Source: Squalus acanthias (lineage: Eukaryota). Taken from it: a stretch of 64,000 bases of DNA. The notes below the pieces were generated by a model, which saw only the letters and a program-made list of their open reading frames with translations, did not search any database and was not told the DNA's origin. The DNA lies in assembly GCA_030390025.1 (NCBI GenBank), contig JASTWF010000034.1, forward strand, positions 1,674,001 to 1,738,000, in the 5' to 3' direction. Of this stretch, positions 61,475 to 64,000 are shown one piece after another. Made by a program: the position numbers and the translations under genes. The stretch's first letter is position 1; every line of letters starts with the position of its first letter.

Positions 61475-64000
61475 ATGTGAGCAGCAGCGGGAGCAGCGGC
61501 GGACGCGGACCTGTTGAGTGCTTTTATAGTGCGGGACGCAGTGGTTGCTGGGTAGGTGATTAATTTTTACCTATATATAAGTTGGGCGGTTCCTAAACCC
61601 GAGACACTACACTTGTAGTGTCCCCCACCCTTCCACCTCCTCTAACCTAAAGGGGGTGAGTGAATATCCGGTAAGCTCTTTCTTGTTCTAGTTTAATCCG
61701 CAAGTTAGCTGGAGGGGATGGCAGGGGAGGCAGTGAAATGTTCCTCCTGCAGAATGTTTGAGGTAAGGGACGCCGTCGGTATCCCTGCTGATTACACCTG
61801 TGGGAAGTGCACCCATCTCCAGCTCCTCGAAAACCGTGTTAGGGAACTGGAGCTGGAGCTGGATGAACTTCGGATCATTCCGGAGGCAGAGGAGGTCATA
61901 GATAGAAGCTTCAGGGATGTAATTACTCCAAAGAATGAAGATAGATGGGTGACGGTGAGAGGGGCTAGGAGGAAGCAGTCAGTGCAGGGATCCTCTGTGG
62001 TCGTTCCCCTCAGTAACAGGTATACCGCTTTGGATACTGTTGAGGGGGACGACCTACCAGTGGTAAGCCACGGTGACCGGATCTCCGGCGCTGGGTCCGT
62101 CCCTGTGGCTCAGAAGGGAAGGGGGGAGAGCAGGAGAGCAATAGTTATTGGGGACTCAATAGTCAGAGGGACAGATAGGAGGTTCTTTGGCAGCAAAAGA
62201 GATGCACGGATGGTATGTTGCCTCCTGGTTTGCCAGGGTCCGTGACGTCTCGGACCGTGTTTTCAGAATCCTCAAGGGGGAGGGGGAACAATCACAAGTC
62301 GTGGTACACATCGGTACCAATGACATAGGTAGGAGAAGGGACGGGGATTTAAAACAGGAATTTAGGGAGCTAGGTTGGAAGCTGAGAGCCAGTACAAACC
62401 ATGTTGTAATTTCTGGTTTGTTGCCGGTGCCACGTGCTAGCGAGTTGAGGAACAGGGAGAGAGTGCAGATAAATACGTGGCTGCAGGGATGGTGTAGCGG
62501 GGAGGGTTTCAGTTATGTGGATAATTGGAGCACATTCTGGGGAAGGTGGGACCTGTACAAACAGGACGGTTTGCACCTGAACCAGAGGGGCACCAATATC
62601 CTGGGAGGGAAATTTGCGACGGCTCTTCGGGGGGGTTTAAACTAATTTGTCAGGGGGATGGGAAAAAGGGCTGTAGTCCAGGAGCCAGTGGTGAGTGTAG
62701 GGAGGTACTGAGGAGGGTATCAAGGTCGCAGGAATGTACCGGCAGACAGGAAGATGGCTTGAAGTGTGTCTACTTCAATGCAAGGAGCATCCGGAATAAG
62801 GTAGGAGAACTTGGAGCGTGGATTGGTACTTGGGACTACGATGTGGTGGCCATTACGGAGACATGGTTAGAACACGGACAGGAATGGTTGTTGGAAGTTC
62901 CGGGGTATAGATGTTTCAGTAAGCGTAGGGAAGGTGATCAGAAAGGTGGAGGAGTAGCATTGTTAATCAAGGATAGTTTAACAGCGGCAGAAAGGCAGTT
63001 CGAGGGTATCTGCCGTCTGAGGTAATATGGGCTGAAGTTAGAAATAGGAAAGGAGGGGTCACGTTGTTAGGAGTTTTCTACAGGCCCCCAAATAGTAATA
63101 GAGATGTGGAGGAAGAAATTGCAAAGCAGATTATGAATAGGTGTGGAGGTGACAGAGTAGTTGTCATGGGTGACTTCAACTTTCCAAATATTGATTGGAA
63201 CCTTTATAGGTCAAACAGTTCGGATGGGATAGTTTTTGCACAGTGTGTGCAGGAGGGTTTCCTGACACAATATGTGGATAGGCCGACAAGAGGTAGGGCC
63301 ACATTGGATTTGGTACTGGGTAATGAACCGGGCCAAGTGTTTGATTTGTTTGTGGGAGAGCACTTTGGAGATAGCGACCACAATTCGGTGACTTTCACTA
63401 TTGCAATGGAGAGGGATAGGGCCATAAGGCAGGGCAGGGTTTATAATTGGGGGAGGGGTAATTATGATGCGATTAGGCAAGAATTAGGGAGCATAAGATG
63501 GGAACAGAAACTATCAGGGAAAGGCACAAACGAAAAGTGGAGCTTTTTCATGGAGCAATTACTGCGTGTCCTTGATAGGTATGTCCCTGTCAGGCAGGGA
63601 GGAAATGGCCGAGTGAGAGAACCATGGTTCACAAAAGAGGTTGAATGTCTAGTCAAGAGGAAAAAGGAAGCGTATGTAAGGATGAGAAAACAAGGTTCAG
63701 TTGGGTCGATTGAGGGGTACAAGGTAGCAAGAAATGAGCTAAAGAAAGAGCTTAGGAGAGCTAGGAGGGGGGCATGAGAAGTCCTTGGCGGGTCGGATCA
63801 ACAAAAACCCCAAGGCCTTTTACTCTTATGTGAAAAATAAAAGAATGACCAGGGTGAGGGTAGGGCCGGTCAAGGACAATAGTGGGAACTTGTGCATGGA
63901 GTCAGAAGAGATAGGAGAGGTGATGAATGAATACTTTTCGTCAGTGTTCACCGAGGAGAGGGGCCATGTTTTTGAGGATGAGAGTGTGATAAAGGTGGAT
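61475..64000 (+). mobile_element. CR1 LINE (5' UTR, ORF1 61718-62645 frameshifted, ORF2 endonuclease onward; runs off window)
   Basis: MAGEAVKCSSC..CGKC zinc finger, coiled coil, IGDSIVRG / HIGTND / DGLHLN esterase. YFNARSIRNK, AITETWL, MGDFNFP and SDHN endonuclease motifs. Frameshifts near 62230, 63010 and 63770. Confidence 0.96.

Noticed and set aside
54071..62645. Cellular SGNH/GDSL esterase genes
   Set aside because: These are ORF1 esterase domains of CR1 elements, a known feature, lying directly upstream of EN-RT ORF2.
61718..64000. Active, intact CR1
   Set aside because: Frameshifts in ORF1 (~62230) and ORF2 (~63010, ~63770).

Overview
Eukaryotic, repeat-dominated genomic DNA, almost certainly from a cartilaginous fish (shark). 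This is inferred from a V-SINE/HE1-type SINE, a DeuSINE/SacSINE1-type SINE, dense CR1 LINEs and a GPR139-like first exon. The window contains no complete intact gene. Most of it is tandem satellite (a related 67/75/85-bp family plus 30, 40, 50 and 51-bp arrays) and decayed, nested CR1/L2/RTE retroelements. Hidden among the repeats are: (i) a four-exon unprocessed PEX5 pseudogene fragment (22301-24877); (ii) four paralogous copies of an unidentified promoter + short exon 1 + 171-bp exon 2 module, whose second intron carries satellite monomers; junction sequences suggest a paralogous monomer expanded into the 12.7-kb higher-order array that opens the window; (iii) exon 1 of a GPR139-like GPCR with a triplicated splice donor; (iv) an orphan CpG-island promoter-like segment; (v) a hairpin-rich MITE-like insertion. 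Overall it looks like a satellite-associated segmental-duplication patchwork. I found no CRISPR or prokaryote-type system. All identifications are by eye and from memory of the families; no searches were run.
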